From positions 1-58,650 of the forward strand of contig JAZDDX010000021.1 in assembly GCA_043809315.1 (NCBI GenBank): a stretch of 58,650 bases of DNA, read 5' to 3'. The notes under the pieces were generated by a model. That model did no database searches. It worked only from the letters and a program-made list of their open reading frames with translations, and had not been told where the DNA came from. The position numbers were made by a program, and so were the translations under genes. Origin of the DNA: Pseudomonadota bacterium. GTDB lineage: Bacteria; Bdellovibrionota_G; JALEGL01; DATDPG01. Below are positions 1 through 13,101 of the stretch, in pieces. The first letter of the stretch is position 1, and each line of letters starts with the position of its first letter.

Positions 1-239
1 GTCCCCATGTAGTACTGGATGTTGAACGTCGAGATCCATTCGTATTTCTCGACGAACTGCATCCCCGGCGTTCCGCGATCGAATTGGAAGTAGAGCTGGA
101 TCGCGAGGAGGAGCGGCACCGCCGTCGCGGCGACCGAGACCCACCGGATCGCGTTCTTGGCGTTCTTCGGCAGAAACAGAAGAACCGTCCCCCCGATCAG
201 GGGTACGAAAGTCATCCATGACAAAAGATTCGAGCTCAT
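1..239 (-). CDS. nuoM: NADH-quinone oxidoreductase subunit M (5' part; runs off window)
   Basis: Not in ORF track. Manual translation from ATG at 239 gives MSSNLLSWMTFVPLIGGTVLLFLPKNAKNAIRWVS...MQFVEKYEWISTFNIQYYMG, a typical NuoM N-terminus. Follows nuoL; GGGAG RBS upstream. Confidence 0.9.
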   Translation of the reverse strand, partial: MSSNLLSWMTFVPLIGGTVLLFLPKNAKNAIRWVSVAATAVPLLLAIQLYFQFDRGTPGMQFVEKYEWISTFNIQYYMG

Positions 240-258
240 GTTTTCTCCCACCTCGTTC

Positions 259-2274
259 TTACGATCCCACCTTAAGCGACATCCAAACGATCATGACGGC
301 GGCCAAGCCGGCCGCAAGCGCGCCGAGATAGGTCTGGATCTGGCCGGTCTGGATCTGACGCATACGGCGCCCCAATGCGATCGTCCGGCTTCCGATCAGG
401 TTCACCAGCCCGTCGACGACCCAACGGTCGAACGTCCCGTCCACGAAGACCACGATCCGAAGCAGCCACCCTGCCCCGTTCACGGCCCCGTCGACGATGA
501 CGCTGTCGAACCAGGCGCACAGGTCCGAAAACCTCCGTGTGCCGGCGACGACGGTCTTCGCGTACAGCTCGTCGACGTAATACTTGTTGAGAAGCGTCCG
601 ATAGATCCCCTCGTTCCGTTTCGCGAGGGCGACCGGAATCGACGGAGCCACACGGTAGAAACGGTACGCCGCGAAGCAACCGACCGCCGCAATCCCGACG
701 GAAATTGACGCCAGAAGCATCTCGGTCGTATGAGAGCCTTCCACGTGATGGACGATCACGGAGGAGGAGAGCCATTCCGGGAACGCCTCCGAGACGGAAG
801 CGAACGCAGGCCACCAGAGCCATCCGCCGACGACCGAAAGAACCGCCAGGATCATCAGGGGAACGGTCATGCTTAAAGGGGACTCGTGGATGTGGTGTTT
901 CACCTCTTCGGAAGCACGGCATTCGCCGTAAAAGGTCAGGAAGAGGAGCCGGAACATATAGAAGGAGGTCAAAAGCGCCCCGAGGGCCCCCATTCCCCAG
1001 AAGACCCAGCTCCGGTTCCAAGCCTGCCAAAGGATCTCGTCTTTCGAGAAGAAGCCGGCGAACGGGGGGAACCCGGCAATCGCCACAGTTGCGATGAAGA
1101 AGGTCCAGTAGGTGACCGGGATCTTCGACTTCAACCCTCCCATCTTCCGGATATCCTGTTCCCCTCCCATGGCATGGATGACACTTCCGGCCCCCAGGAA
1201 GAGGAGTGCTTTGAAGTAAGCGTGGGTCGAAAGGTGGAAGATGTCGCTGGCGTACGCACCGACGCCGCAGGCGAGGAACATGTAGCCGAGTTGGCTCACG
1301 GTCGAGTACGCGAGGACCTTCTTGATGTCGTTCTGTACCAATCCGATCGTTGCGGAGAAGAGCGCCGTCAACCCTCCGACCGTCGCAATCACGGTCAGGG
1401 TGAACGGGGCGAGATCGAAGAGGAAACTCAAGCGGGCGACCATGTAGACGCCAGCGGTGACCATCGTCGCGGCATGGATCAGGGCGGAGACCGGGGTCGG
1501 GCCGGCCATGGCATCCGGCAACCAGACGAAGAGTGGAATTTGGGCCGACTTTCCGGTTGCGCCGACGAACAGCATGAGGGTCGCGAAGGTGACGGCGCTC
1601 ATGCCGAAGATCGTGTGATGGGTGAAAAGAGCGGCGTGGGCACGAAGGACCGTGAAGTCGACGCTCCAGATGTCGAGGGCGAGACCCATCGTCCAAAGAA
1701 GGGTCATGATCCCGATCAGGAACCCGAAGTCGCCGATCCGGTTGACGATGAACGCCTTCTTCCCGGCGTCGGCGTTCGCTTTGACGTCGAACCAGAACCC
1801 GATCAGGAGGTAGCTGCAAAGCCCGACTCCCTCCCACCCGACGAACATGAGAAGCAGGTTGTCGGCAAGGACCAAAATCAACATCATCGCCATGAAGAGA
1901 TTCATGTAGGCGAAGAACCGCTCGTAATCCTTGTCGTGCCCCATGTACCCGGTCGAGTAGACGTGAATTAAGAACCCGACACCGGTCACGACGAGGGCCA
2001 TCGTGGACGAGAGGGAGTCGATCACGAAACGGATCCACGGCTCGAACTTCCCGACCGCGATCCAGGGGGTCAGGGCGTTGATCAGCACTTCCCCCTCCCC
2101 TCCGGCCCTGAGAGCCAAAAACGCCCGGACGGAGAGGACGAAGGAGACAAAAACACTGCCACAAGCGAGGGCGTGGACCATCCGGCGCCCGAACAACCTC
2201 TTCCCGAAAAAGCGGATGATGACCGAGGAGAAGAGCGGAAGCGCCGGGATCAGCCAGAGGTAGTTCGCTTCCAT
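259..2274 (-). CDS. nuoL: NADH-quinone oxidoreductase subunit L
   Basis: Motifs GWEGVGLCSYLLIGFW, GKSAQIPLFVWLPDAMAGPTPVSALIHAATMV, DIKKVLAYST. Confidence 0.98.
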   Translation of the reverse strand: MEANYLWLIPALPLFSSVIIRFFGKRLFGRRMVHALACGSVFVSFVLSVRAFLALRAGGEGEVLINALTPWIAVGKFEPWIRFVIDSLSSTMALVVTGVGFLIHVYSTGYMGHDKDYERFFAYMNLFMAMMLILVLADNLLLMFVGWEGVGLCSYLLIGFWFDVKANADAGKKAFIVNRIGDFGFLIGIMTLLWTMGLALDIWSVDFTVLRAHAALFTHHTIFGMSAVTFATLMLFVGATGKSAQIPLFVWLPDAMAGPTPVSALIHAATMVTAGVYMVARLSFLFDLAPFTLTVIATVGGLTALFSATIGLVQNDIKKVLAYSTVSQLGYMFLACGVGAYASDIFHLSTHAYFKALLFLGAGSVIHAMGGEQDIRKMGGLKSKIPVTYWTFFIATVAIAGFPPFAGFFSKDEILWQAWNRSWVFWGMGALGALLTSFYMFRLLFLTFYGECRASEEVKHHIHESPLSMTVPLMILAVLSVVGGWLWWPAFASVSEAFPEWLSSSVIVHHVEGSHTTEMLLASISVGIAAVGCFAAYRFYRVAPSIPVALAKRNEGIYRTLLNKYYVDELYAKTVVAGTRRFSDLCAWFDSVIVDGAVNGAGWLLRIVVFVDGTFDRWVVDGLVNLIGSRTIALGRRMRQIQTGQIQTYLGALAAGLAAVMIVWMSLKVGS

Positions 2275-2276
2275 CG

Positions 2277-2597
2277 TTACCCTTTCAGCTCCTCGACCCG
2301 GCTCACATCGACCGTCTTGAATACGCGGAAGACGGAGAGGACCAATGCCAATGCAACGGCCGCCTCAGCCGCGGCTAAGACGATGATGAAGAGCGCCGTC
2401 ACCTGCCCGGAATACGCCAGCGCTTTCTCGACCGGCGGCGTGAAATGCTCGAAGGCGACGAAGTTCAGCGCCGCGGCGTTGAAGATCAGCTCGATCCCCA
2501 TCAGGATCTGGATCGTGTTCCGCCGGATGAGGACGCAGGCCAGACCGGTGGCGAAGAGGAAGGCGCTCAAGAAGAGGCAGGACGAGAGGGAGGCCAT
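2277..2597 (-). CDS. nuoK: NADH-quinone oxidoreductase subunit K
   Basis: 106 aa, 3 TM; RRN..LMGIEL..NAA.LNF and AAAEAAVALA motifs. Confidence 0.97.
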   Translation of the reverse strand: MASLSSCLFLSAFLFATGLACVLIRRNTIQILMGIELIFNAAALNFVAFEHFTPPVEKALAYSGQVTALFIIVLAAAEAAVALALVLSVFRVFKTVDVSRVEELKG

Positions 2598-2598
2598 C

Positions 2599-3108
2599 TT
2601 ACTTGACCTCCTTTCGCACCAGGATCACCGCACCGATCATGGCGAACAGGAGAAGGACCGAAACGAGCTCGAACGGGAGGAGATATTTCGTGAGGAAAAG
2701 ATTCCCGAGGACCCGCGTGGTTGGAACGGCAACGGGGGTCTTCTCGATGAACTGCCCTCCCAGGAGTACGGACGCGATGACGACGAACGTCACAGCGGAA
2801 ACGCCAACCCCGACGTACCAGGGAGGCCCCTTTCCGGCGATTTCGACCTTCGTGTCGTAGATCTTGGCGGTCAAAAAGATACCGAAAATCAGAAGGACCA
2901 GGATCCCGCCGGCGTATATGAGGAGCTGCGCCATTCCCAAGAAATCAGCTCCGAGGATTACGTAGATCGTGGCAATACCTGTGAGACAGAAGAACAAGGC
3001 AACCGCCGCATGGAGAAGGTTACGTAGGATCACCACGAGCAACCCTGAGGCGGCCGTCAGGACCGCGAAGAAGGCAAAAACAATATCGAGGATCCCAGGG
3101 TGGCTCAT
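2599..3108 (-). CDS. nuoJ: NADH-quinone oxidoreductase subunit J
   Basis: Start revised to ATG 3108 (MSHPGILD, GGAAGGA RBS). QLLIYAGGILVL and YLLPFELVSVLLL motifs. Confidence 0.95.
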   Translation of the reverse strand: MSHPGILDIVFAFFAVLTAASGLLVVILRNLLHAAVALFFCLTGIATIYVILGADFLGMAQLLIYAGGILVLLIFGIFLTAKIYDTKVEIAGKGPPWYVGVGVSAVTFVVIASVLLGGQFIEKTPVAVPTTRVLGNLFLTKYLLPFELVSVLLLFAMIGAVILVRKEVK

Positions 3109-3194
3109 GAAGATCCTTCCTTTGTGGGTGGAGTCGAAGGAGTTGCCGAAGTTGTAGCGGCCGCGGCTTTCTGGGCTTCGTAGAGTTTTTCCTG

Positions 3195-3677
3195 CTATTT
3201 GGCGAGTTCGATGTCCTTGGGGCGCACGTAGCGGTACACCAGCTCCCGCATCGACGCGACGGTCCCTTCGAATTTCGTCGTATGGAAGATCGCCCCGGTC
3301 GGGCACGGCTCGACGCAGAGGCCGCAAAACATGCACTTGGAGATGTCGATGTCGAACCGGGTCGGATACTTCGTCTTTGGCGTCGGTTTCCCGGTGATCT
3401 TGTTGGCGATCGTGGTCTTCGCCCCTTTGACATCCTCAATGAGGATGCAGGCGATCGGGCAGGCCTGCTCGCAGATGTGGCAGCTGATGCAGATCTCCAT
3501 CTCGACGTCGAGGATTCCCCGATACCGCTCCGGGAGACGCGCCCGGACATCGACGTCGGGGTACTGAACCGTGACCGGCTGACGGAAGAGGTGCTTGAAT
3601 GTGACGAACATCCCCTTCCCGGTGGAGAGGACCCCTTCCCCGATGTCGCTGAACCAAGTAGTGAAGGGGTTAGACAT
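3195..3677 (-). CDS. nuoI: NADH-quinone oxidoreductase subunit I (2x[4Fe-4S]); frame continues past TAG to 3105
   Basis: TVQYPD, ERYRG, CISCHICEQACP and CMFCGLCVEPCP motifs. Confidence 0.96.
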   Translation of the reverse strand: MSNPFTTWFSDIGEGVLSTGKGMFVTFKHLFRQPVTVQYPDVDVRARLPERYRGILDVEMEICISCHICEQACPIACILIEDVKGAKTTIANKITGKPTPKTKYPTRFDIDISKCMFCGLCVEPCPTGAIFHTTKFEGTVASMRELVYRYVRPKDIELAK

Positions 3678-4962
3678 GGGTCCCTCGCAGCAGCATGAAT
3701 CCGGCGGTCCAGAGAAGACAGACGAAGGCGATCGGGACCAACTTTTTCCAGCAGAGATCCATCATCTGATCGATCCGATACCGGGGAAGCGTCCAACGGA
3801 GCCAGATGATGACGAAGACGAAGAAGTAGACCTTCCCGAGGAAAAGGATCGCCGTGACGGCCCAGAACTCAGAATAGGCCTGAACGACGAACGCCCCCGC
3901 GAGACTCAGAACCGCCAGGACAATCCAAGCCGATCGGGAGAAGATGTTGAACGGGATCCCCGAAAGGAGGCTGAAGATCGATTTGCCGCGCAAGAGCTGT
4001 GGGATGAGCCGGGAAAGGTAAATCACGCTCTTGGCGACGAAGAAGAAGGCGAAAAAGAGAAGGAACGCCGCCACGAAATAGTTCGTTCGTGAGGGCTGCC
4101 ATCCACCGAGGAACGCAGTCACGGCGATCGCGCTGATCAGGAACATGTTGGCGTATTCCCCCATGTAAAAGATCCCCCAACGGATCCCCGAGTATTCGGT
4201 GTTGTAGCCGGAGACCAGTTCCGATTCGGCCTCCGGAAGATCGAACGGGATCCGGTTCACCTCCGCCAACGCTGCAATGAAATAAACGAAGAATGCGATG
4301 AACGGTCCCGGGAAGGCCGAGAAGAGGAACCAGTGACGCGCCCCACCCGCCTGGGCGGCATTGAGATCCTGAAGGCTCATCGAGCCGGCGAGAAGAACCG
4401 GAATCATCAGGGCCAACCCAACGGGGATCTCGTAGCTGACGATCTGCGCGGCCGAACGCATGGCTCCCAGGAGGGACCACTTGTTGTTCGACGCCCAGCC
4501 GGCCAGGAGGACGCCGACGACGACGAACGACGAGACGGCGATCAGATAGAGAAGCCCGACGTTCAAGTCGGCTGCAAAGAGACGGGGCCCGAACGGGATC
4601 GTCACAAAGCTTAAAGCGGCGGCTGCAAAAACGACGTAAGGAGCGACACGGAACAGAAAACGATCGGCCCCCCGTGGGATCATATCTTCTTTGAGGATCA
4701 GTTTGATCCCGTCGGCCAGAAACTGGAGAAGCCCTTCGGGTCCGACCCGATTGCACCCGACGCGGGCCTGCATACGCCCCGCCACACGTCGTTCGACGTA
4801 GGTCGAGAACCCCCCCATGAGGCCGGCGCCGATCCCGAAGATCAGGACGGTCGCGGCGAGGACCATCCCGATGAGATAAACCAGCTCGATCGGAAGGCGG
4901 TTTAAGAACGGACAATGAGCCGCGGCAATCAACTGGTCGAGAGCGTTCTGGAGATTACTCAT
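3670..4962 (-). CDS. nuoH: NADH-quinone oxidoreductase subunit H (with hydrophobic insertion)
   Basis: [62 protein letters not shown]. Confidence 0.97.
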   Translation of the reverse strand: MSNLQNALDQLIAAAHCPFLNRLPIELVYLIGMVLAATVLIFGIGAGLMGGFSTYVERRVAGRMQARVGCNRVGPEGLLQFLADGIKLILKEDMIPRGADRFLFRVAPYVVFAAAALSFVTIPFGPRLFAADLNVGLLYLIAVSSFVVVGVLLAGWASNNKWSLLGAMRSAAQIVSYEIPVGLALMIPVLLAGSMSLQDLNAAQAGGARHWFLFSAFPGPFIAFFVYFIAALAEVNRIPFDLPEAESELVSGYNTEYSGIRWGIFYMGEYANMFLISAIAVTAFLGGWQPSRTNYFVAAFLLFFAFFFVAKSVIYLSRLIPQLLRGKSIFSLLSGIPFNIFSRSAWIVLAVLSLAGAFVVQAYSEFWAVTAILFLGKVYFFVFVIIWLRWTLPRYRIDQMMDLCWKKLVPIAFVCLLWTAGFMLLRGTHV

Positions 4963-6101
4963 CGGTCGATCTCCGGCGCGACGACATCCAGGCTGGCGAT
5001 CAGCGTGACGAGGTCGGCGATCATCACCCCGTGCGATGCTTTTTCGATAATCGTCATGGCGGCGAACGATCCGCTTCGGATCTTGATCCGGTACGCCTTG
5101 TCGGTTCCGTTCGAGACGACGTAGTACCCTAGCTCGCCGCGAGCCGATTCGACCGCGCCATAGGTCTCACCGGCCGGCGGTTTGGGGGTTCGAGAGATCT
5201 TTGCCATGATCGGGCCTTCGGGAAACTTATCGAGGGCCTGTCGGAGGATTTTGGCCGACTCCCGCATCTCGATCAGACGGACGACGAACCGGTCGTACGA
5301 ATCGCCGACCGTCCCTTTCCACCCTTTCCCGACGGCGGTCTTGAAATCGAATTCGGGGTAGACGGCGTACGGAAGCTGTTTGCGGAAATCGAAATCGACC
5401 CCCGATGCGCGGAGGTTCGGTCCCGCCAGAGCGTAGGCGATCGCATCCTCTGCACTGATCGGGCAAACGTTCGCCAGGCGGTTGATGAAGATCTTGTTCC
5501 CGGTGATCAGGTTATCGAATTCGTCCATGAGCGGCTCGAACGCCTTCAGGAACGCGAGGATCCGTTTTGGAAGGTCGGGCGGCATGTCGAACGCCACGCC
5601 GCCGATCCGGACATAATTATAGGTAAGACGGGCCCCGCAGAGCGCTTCGATCAGATCGTTCAGCTTCTCCCGCTCCCGGATCGCATGGACGAACGGCGTG
5701 ATGGCCCCGATATCCATCGGGAAGGTTCCGGCGGCGATCAGATGGCTTGCGATTCGGCAGAGCTCGTCGGCGATGACACGAAGATACTGCGCCCGAATCG
5801 GCACTTCGGTTCCGAGAAGCTTTTCGACTGCCCGGGCGTACGCATGGTTGGCCGTCATGGCGGAGCAGTAGTCGACACGATCGGTGAACGGCATGAATCC
5901 GTTGTAGTCGACCATCTCCCCGATCTTCTCGATCGAACGATGGAGGTACCCGACCTCCGGGATCGCTTTGCGGATCACCTCTCCGTCGGTGAAGGTCCGG
6001 AAGCGGAGCACCCCGTGCGTCGAGGGGTGCTGAGGCCCCATGTTGATTTCCATTTCGTCTTCGCTGAGGACGACGATTTCCGGGTCGAGCAGCATGCTCA
6101 T
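4959..6101 (-). CDS. nuoD: NADH-quinone oxidoreductase subunit D
   Basis: [24 protein letters not shown]-terminal DVVAPEIDR; no NiFe CxxC motifs. Confidence 0.97.
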   Translation of the reverse strand: MSMLLDPEIVVLSEDEMEINMGPQHPSTHGVLRFRTFTDGEVIRKAIPEVGYLHRSIEKIGEMVDYNGFMPFTDRVDYCSAMTANHAYARAVEKLLGTEVPIRAQYLRVIADELCRIASHLIAAGTFPMDIGAITPFVHAIREREKLNDLIEALCGARLTYNYVRIGGVAFDMPPDLPKRILAFLKAFEPLMDEFDNLITGNKIFINRLANVCPISAEDAIAYALAGPNLRASGVDFDFRKQLPYAVYPEFDFKTAVGKGWKGTVGDSYDRFVVRLIEMRESAKILRQALDKFPEGPIMAKISRTPKPPAGETYGAVESARGELGYYVVSNGTDKAYRIKIRSGSFAAMTIIEKASHGVMIADLVTLIASLDVVAPEIDR

Positions 6102-6613
6102 TTCTTCAGGGTTGGAAGTTCCGGCATTCCGGTCAGGTACTCCCGGGTCGTGGAGATGCCGTGATACTGGTCCTGCTCCTTGTAATCTTTCCGTAACGGG
6201 TGGCCGATCCAGTCATCCGGAAGAAGCAACCGGCGGAGATCGGAGTGCCCCTCGAAACGGATCCCCAGGAGATCGAACGCCTCCCTCTCGTGCCAGCTCG
6301 CGGCCGGCCAAACCCCCTCGACTGTCGGCAAAACCGGAGTCTCGCGTGGGACGCGCGTCTTGAGAACGAAAGCATGGAGATGCTTCATCGAGAAGAGGTG
6401 GTAGACCAGCTCGAACTCGGCGTCGTAATCGACTCCGCCGAGGCTCCGGAGGTAATCCAGGCGGATCGTCGGCTCGTCGCGCAGGAAACGGCCGATCTCG
6501 ACGATCTTCGTCGAAGTCACCCGAGCCCAGGGGTCCTTGGCGTCGAGCTTGATCTCGACGACATCATTGCCGAAACGGCTCTTGAGAACGGATGAAATCT
6601 CTTCCGGGGTCAT
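6098..6613 (-). CDS. nuoC: NADH-quinone oxidoreductase subunit C
   Basis: [38 protein letters not shown] signature. Confidence 0.97.
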   Translation of the reverse strand: MTPEEISSVLKSRFGNDVVEIKLDAKDPWARVTSTKIVEIGRFLRDEPTIRLDYLRSLGGVDYDAEFELVYHLFSMKHLHAFVLKTRVPRETPVLPTVEGVWPAASWHEREAFDLLGIRFEGHSDLRRLLLPDDWIGHPLRKDYKEQDQYHGISTTREYLTGMPELPTLKK

Positions 6614-6617
6614 CCGA

Positions 6618-7019
6618 TTATCCTTTTCCTTGGTCCGGGGAGATCGTTTTCACCCAGGTCAGATCCCCTTTGCGCCAGACGTACGCGAGCCCCACGATCA
6701 GGATCCCGACGAAGGCGGCGATCTCCAAGAACGCGACCTTCCCGACGCCGCGATCGATCCAGTCCCGGAAGACAACGGCGCACGGGAACATGAAGGCGAT
6801 TTCGACGTCGAAAACGAGGAAAATCAGGGCGAAGAGGTAGTACCTGGGGTTGAAACGGATCCAGGGGGTCCCGACCGGCAGCTCGCCGCATTCATAAGGA
6901 GTCTCTTTTTCCGGACTGGGCGCACGCGGGGCCAAAAGGCGAGCAATCGTGATGCTTACGAAAACGAAGATCACCCCGAACAAAAGGAAAACCAGCGCGC
7001 TTGCGAAGTCGAAAAGCAT
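6618..7019 (-). CDS. nuoA: NADH-quinone oxidoreductase subunit A
   Basis: KETPYECGE, YYLFALIFLVFDVE, YVWRKGDLTW motifs. Confidence 0.97.
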   Translation of the reverse strand: MLFDFASALVFLLFGVIFVFVSITIARLLAPRAPSPEKETPYECGELPVGTPWIRFNPRYYLFALIFLVFDVEIAFMFPCAVVFRDWIDRGVGKVAFLEIAAFVGILIVGLAYVWRKGDLTWVKTISPDQGKG

Positions 7020-7114
7020 CGTTTGTGGTCCCCCGAGGGGCGATTCTTATAAACACAAAATACCAGCAATTCCATAACTTTCTGGCCGGGTAGTCCGGGC
7101 TTCGCTACAATATT

Positions 7115-7510
7115 ATGGAGATGGAACCAACCTCAGGAAACCCAGCCCCCGTCGAAGCCGCCACGGCCGAAAAACGAAAACATCTTCGGCTTCCTCTCCG
7201 GGTGCTGCGCGTTGAAACGGAGCTGCGCGGCGAGGTTTTCTTTGGTCACGCGACGAACATCAGCAAGACCGGTCTCTTCATCCAGACGACGAATCCGAGA
7301 CCGGTCGGTTTCCAGATCAAGATCCGGTTCGAGATGCCGAGGTTCAAAAAGAAGATTCAATGCATGGCCGAGGTGGTCTGGGCGCAGGAGTTCACCGGGG
7401 AAAAAGGGATCGAACCGGGAATGGGTCTCAAATTCCTGGACCTGGCTCCCGAGGAACTCCAGATGCTCGACCGCTTCGTCGAGGAAAAGACCGGGGAACG
7501 AAAGATCTGA
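7115..7510 (+). CDS. Stand-alone PilZ-domain protein (TIGR02266-like), putative c-di-GMP receptor
   Basis: RKHLR (RxxxR) and NISKTG (D/NxSxxG) motifs; VVW...GMGLKF. Confidence 0.85.
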   Translation: MEMEPTSGNPAPVEAATAEKRKHLRLPLRVLRVETELRGEVFFGHATNISKTGLFIQTTNPRPVGFQIKIRFEMPRFKKKIQCMAEVVWAQEFTGEKGIEPGMGLKFLDLAPEELQMLDRFVEEKTGERKI

Positions 7511-7515
7511 GAGGC

Positions 7516-7806
7516 TTAGAACTCGCCGCCGTTCAAGGCGTCGCGCAGTACCTGTGAAGGTTTGAACGTAACCACTTTCCGCGCCGTGATCTCCATTGCC
7601 TGACCGGTCTGCGGATTTCGCCCCAATCGCGATTTCTTCTGGCGGACCGTGAACGAGCCGAATCCCGAAATCTTGAGATTTTCCCCCCGCTCCAGCGTCG
7701 TTTTCATCGTGTCGAAAAGAAGCTCGACGATGTCGGTCGAATCTTTCTTCGGAAGTCCGATCTTCTGGCAGATTTCATCGATAATGCTGGCTTTGGTATA
7801 GCTCAT
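7516..7806 (-). CDS. ihfA: Integration host factor alpha subunit
   Basis: KISGFGSF.VRQKKSRLGRNPQTG and ARKVVTFKPS; AGGAGG RBS. Confidence 0.9.
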   Translation of the reverse strand: MSYTKASIIDEICQKIGLPKKDSTDIVELLFDTMKTTLERGENLKISGFGSFTVRQKKSRLGRNPQTGQAMEITARKVVTFKPSQVLRDALNGGEF

Positions 7807-7830
7807 GAGTCCTCCTGATGGACGAATTTC

Positions 7831-7859
7831 ATAATAGATTTGGGGGCTTAAAAAGGCAA
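7831..7859 (-). promoter_or_regulatory. Putative sigma70 promoter of ihfA
   Basis: TTGCCT-17 nt-TATTAT on the minus strand, about 25 nt upstream of the ATG. Confidence 0.55.
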
Positions 7860-7918
7860 GTCTATAAATGGGCGCTGGCTTCTGCTAAAAAAGTGTGTTG
7901 GCATAGGCCAATTCCGCG

Positions 7919-11181
<3,263 letters not shown>

Positions 11182-11270
11182 CTAGATCTGTCTCACCGCG
11201 TGGAGCGGATTTTGTCAACAAGAGGGGAAATTTGCCTGCCTGGTGGTCGGATAGGTAATGTACCGCCCCG

Positions 11271-12587
11271 ATGGCAACGATCGAGGCAAAACAGGTCCAT
11301 ACGGTTCTGGAGAACTTCATTCTTGCGGACGGACTCCACCCCGTTTTCGACCCGGTCCGGAGCCATGGTTCGTATCTATTTGACGCCCGGGACGGTCGGG
11401 AGTACCTCGACCTCTTTTCCTTCTTCGCCACACAGCCGATCGGATTCAACCATCCCAAGATGGTCGCGGCGGAGTTTCAGGAGCTTCTCGGCCGGGTCTC
11501 GGTCAACCGTCCCACTCTGTCGGACATCTATACGTCCGAGTACGCCTCGTTCGTCGAGACGTTCGCCCGCATCGCCGGGCGCGGGATCTTCCGTTACTAC
11601 TTCTTCGTCGAAGGGGGATCGCTTGGCGTCGAAAACGCTCTCAAAACCGCGATGGACTGGAAGGTCCGCAAGAATCTTGCGACGGGACACGGTGAAAAAG
11701 GGCACCAGATCATCCATTTTCGCGAGGCGTTTCACGGAAGATCGGGGTACTCCCTCTCGCTCACGAACACCTTCGACCCGAGAAAGCACCAGTACTTCTC
11801 CAAGTTTCCCTGGCCGAGGATCACGAACCCGAAGCTCCGCTTTCCGGTGACTACGGAGGTCCTGGAAGAGGTTGCCCAGCTTGAGAAACAGGCGGTCACG
11901 GAAATCAAAGAGGCTCTGGCGAAGAATCGCGATGATATCGCGGCTCTTATCATCGAGCCGATCCAAGCTGAAGGGGGTGACAACCACTTCCGGTCGGAGT
12001 TCCTGCAGCAGCTTCGGAGGCTGGCCGACGAGAACGACTTCCTCCTGATCTTCGACGAGGTTCAGACCGGTCTGGGGCTCACGGGGAAGATGTGGGGATT
12101 CGAGCATTTCGGCGTCGTTCCCGACCTGATCTCATTCGGGAAAAAGGCCCAGACGGCCGGATGCGCTTCGACGAACCGGATTGACGAGGTCCCGGAGAAC
12201 GTCTTCCACACTCCAAGCCGGATCAATTCGACGTGGGGAGGAAACCTGACCGACATGGTGCGAAGCCAAAAGTACCTCGAGATCATCGAAGAGGAGAAGT
12301 TGGTCGATAACGCAGCCCGCGTGGGGGCGTATCTCCTTCACCGCCTGGAAGAGCTGTCGGCCCGTGAATCGACCATTTCCAACGTACGTGGGCGTGGCCT
12401 GATGATCGCGTTTGATCTGCCCGACTCGAAAGCGAGAGACCGGCTGCGCGATGGGATCTATAAGAACGGGGCGATCATCCTCCCTTGCGGGGCGCGAAGC
12501 CTCCGCCTGCGGCCCCACCTCGATTTCACGCAAAAAGCGGCCGACCAAGCGGTCGATCTCATCACGAAGTCTCTTTCTGCTCTTTAG
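11271..12587 (+). CDS. lat: L-lysine 6-transaminase (class III PLP aminotransferase)
   Basis: GVENALKTAMDWKVRKN, AFHGRSGY.LSLTNT, EPIQAEGGDNHF, DEVQTG, FGKK, SRINSTWGG. Confidence 0.9.
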   Translation: MATIEAKQVHTVLENFILADGLHPVFDPVRSHGSYLFDARDGREYLDLFSFFATQPIGFNHPKMVAAEFQELLGRVSVNRPTLSDIYTSEYASFVETFARIAGRGIFRYYFFVEGGSLGVENALKTAMDWKVRKNLATGHGEKGHQIIHFREAFHGRSGYSLSLTNTFDPRKHQYFSKFPWPRITNPKLRFPVTTEVLEEVAQLEKQAVTEIKEALAKNRDDIAALIIEPIQAEGGDNHFRSEFLQQLRRLADENDFLLIFDEVQTGLGLTGKMWGFEHFGVVPDLISFGKKAQTAGCASTNRIDEVPENVFHTPSRINSTWGGNLTDMVRSQKYLEIIEEEKLVDNAARVGAYLLHRLEELSARESTISNVRGRGLMIAFDLPDSKARDRLRDGIYKNGAIILPCGARSLRLRPHLDFTQKAADQAVDLITKSLSAL

Positions 12588-13096
12588 TGATCTTTCCGGA
12601 GCTCGCCGACGGCGGGTCCTAAGATCGGGAGGATGATCTTATCCATCGCCATCCGGACGGCCCCCGGGGCTCCGGGCAGGCAGAAGAGAAGTTTTCCCCG
12701 GAAGGTTCCGGCGGTCGCTCGGGCGAGAACCGCAGTCGGCCCTTTTTCGGCCAAGGCCAGCGAACGGAAATACTCGCCGAACCCCGGCAATGTCCGCTCG
12801 ATCAACCCCTCGATCGCCCCGTAGGTCGAATCCCGTCTCGTGATCCCCGTGCCGCCGTTCACAATCACGGCGTCGAGGTGGAGTTGATCCACCGCCTGGC
12901 GGATGGTCCGCACCACGTCGCGCGCTTCGTCCGGGACCACGTTGTACCCGGTCACGACATGACCCGTCCCTTTCAGGCGCTCGACGATCGTCTTTCCGCT
13001 CTCGTCGTTCCGGGGAGTGCGGCTGTCCGACACGGTCAGGACAAAACAAGCCACGCTCGAAGGGTCGAGATTCTCGATTCCGGTTTTCTTTTTCAT
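12584..13096 (-). CDS. moaB: Molybdenum cofactor biosynthesis protein MoaB/MogA
   Basis: Start revised to ATG 13096. LTVSDSRT..NDESG, NGGTGITRRD.T, LPGFGEYFR, CLPG.PGA. Confidence 0.9.
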   Translation of the reverse strand: MKKKTGIENLDPSSVACFVLTVSDSRTPRNDESGKTIVERLKGTGHVVTGYNVVPDEARDVVRTIRQAVDQLHLDAVIVNGGTGITRRDSTYGAIEGLIERTLPGFGEYFRSLALAEKGPTAVLARATAGTFRGKLLFCLPGAPGAVRMAMDKIILPILGPAVGELRKDH

Positions 13097-13101
13097 GAAC
13101 G

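Noticed and set aside
3478-3492. CxxCH (CISCH) in NuoI resembling a heme c site
   Set aside because: It is part of the CxxCxxCxxxCP [4Fe-4S] motif of a cytoplasmic subunit.
4959-6613. nuoC/D without nuoB/EFG as a possible group 4 [NiFe] hydrogenase
   Set aside because: The large subunit has no CxxC Ni ligands and keeps the quinone-site motifs; nuoA, J and K are present.
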